Origin: Aquificaceae bacterium
GTDB lineage: Bacteria > Aquificota > Aquificia > Aquificales > Aquificaceae
Assembly: GCA_039630345.1 (NCBI GenBank)
Contig: JBCNVD010000023.1
Span: forward strand, 1-15,522
Direction of reading: 5' to 3'
DNA: 15,522 nt
Shown: piece by piece, positions 15,249 through 15,522 of the stretch
Numbering within the stretch: the stretch's first letter is position 1
How the letters are laid out: each line of letters begins with the position of its first letter
The notes under the pieces: generated by a model
Database searches by the model: none
What the model saw: only the letters and a program-made list of their open reading frames with translations
Told to the model about the DNA's origin: nothing
Translations under genes and position numbers: made by a program

Positions 15249-15522
15249 GTGGATGGGTCTCTTGTTTTGATTTTGCCCTTGATTGCTTTTTTGCTAATAA
15301 GCGCTTTTGGAAGGCAAATTGGTGATTTCTCCTCGTGGATTTTATGTCTTTTGGGGTCTCTTTTGTCTTCTATCTTCTCCGCCATAGCTTTTTATAGAGT
15401 CCTCAAAGACGGTCCATTTGCTGTTAAACTCTATGATTTTTTACCACTTGGCGATTATTCTCTGAGCTTTGGTCTTTACTTTGACCATCTATCTGCCAGT
15501 ATGGCCCTTGTGGTTAGCATAG
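15249..15522 (+). CDS. nuoL: NADH-quinone oxidoreductase subunit L, N-terminal part (GTG start; runs off the window; absent from the ORF track)
   Basis: My translation from GTG 15249: MDGSLVLILPLIAFLLISAFGRQIG...KLYDFLPLGDYSLSFGLYFDHLSASMALVVSI, which matches the NuoL N-terminus (LPL..F, FG...D.LS..M..VV). SD GAGGGA 8 nt upstream; follows nuoK. Confidence 0.9.
   Translation, partial: MDGSLVLILPLIAFLLISAFGRQIGDFSSWILCLLGSLLSSIFSAIAFYRVLKDGPFAVKLYDFLPLGDYSLSFGLYFDHLSASMALVVSI

Noticed and set aside
7726..15385. Short overlapping ORFs 7726-7965, 8731-8964, 11229-11453, 11650-11928, 11991-12200, 12055-12294, 12626-12853, 13167-13427, 14008-14193, 15185-15385
   Set aside because: Shadows of pgl, murE, the aminotransferase, nnr, nuoI and nuoK/L; no independent coding evidence.
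9982..15522. Gamma-CA near nuo genes as a parallel to the CA domain of plant/protist mitochondrial complex I
   Set aside because: Separated by unrelated genes including one on the opposite strand; YrdA-like proteins are ubiquitous and gene order here looks shuffled.
1..15522. tRNA/rRNA genes, CRISPR array, IS/prophage/defence genes, S10 leader attenuator
   Set aside because: No intergenic space over 43 nt, no regularly spaced repeats, no transposase, integrase or Cas motifs; rpsJ overlaps the tuf stop, leaving no leader.

Overview
A very compact housekeeping region from a bacterium that looks like a member of the Aquificota (Aquificaceae-like EF-Tu, L2, L3, S19 and NuoI features; the taxon is inferred from recalled homologues, not from a search). 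It starts inside tuf, followed by the full S10 ribosomal cluster (rpsJ-rplC-rplD-rplW-rplB-rpsS-rplV-rpsC-rplP-rpmC-rpsQ). That cluster runs not into rplN/spc but into a minimal TrxR-like flavoprotein and a flippase-like membrane protein. Next come a minus-strand murE-hypothetical-pgl unit, a gamma-carbonic-anhydrase family gene, a divergent EamA / class-IV aminotransferase (PabC-like) pair, nnr, and yajC-nuoI-nuoJ-nuoK-nuoL (nuoL cut by the window end). I see no RNA genes, CRISPR array, mobile element or new multi-gene system. The most interesting signals are small-scale: (i) a dispersed GC-rich mini-hairpin motif, with an exact 18-bp inverted copy pair, one copy intergenic and one inside a gene; (ii) a G5/C6/C6 hairpin/triplex-like element beside a palindromic bidirectional -10 box; (iii) three genes with a -10 box 6-7 nt before the start codon, suggesting leaderless mRNAs; (iv) two divergent genes whose start codons interlock in one hexamer.
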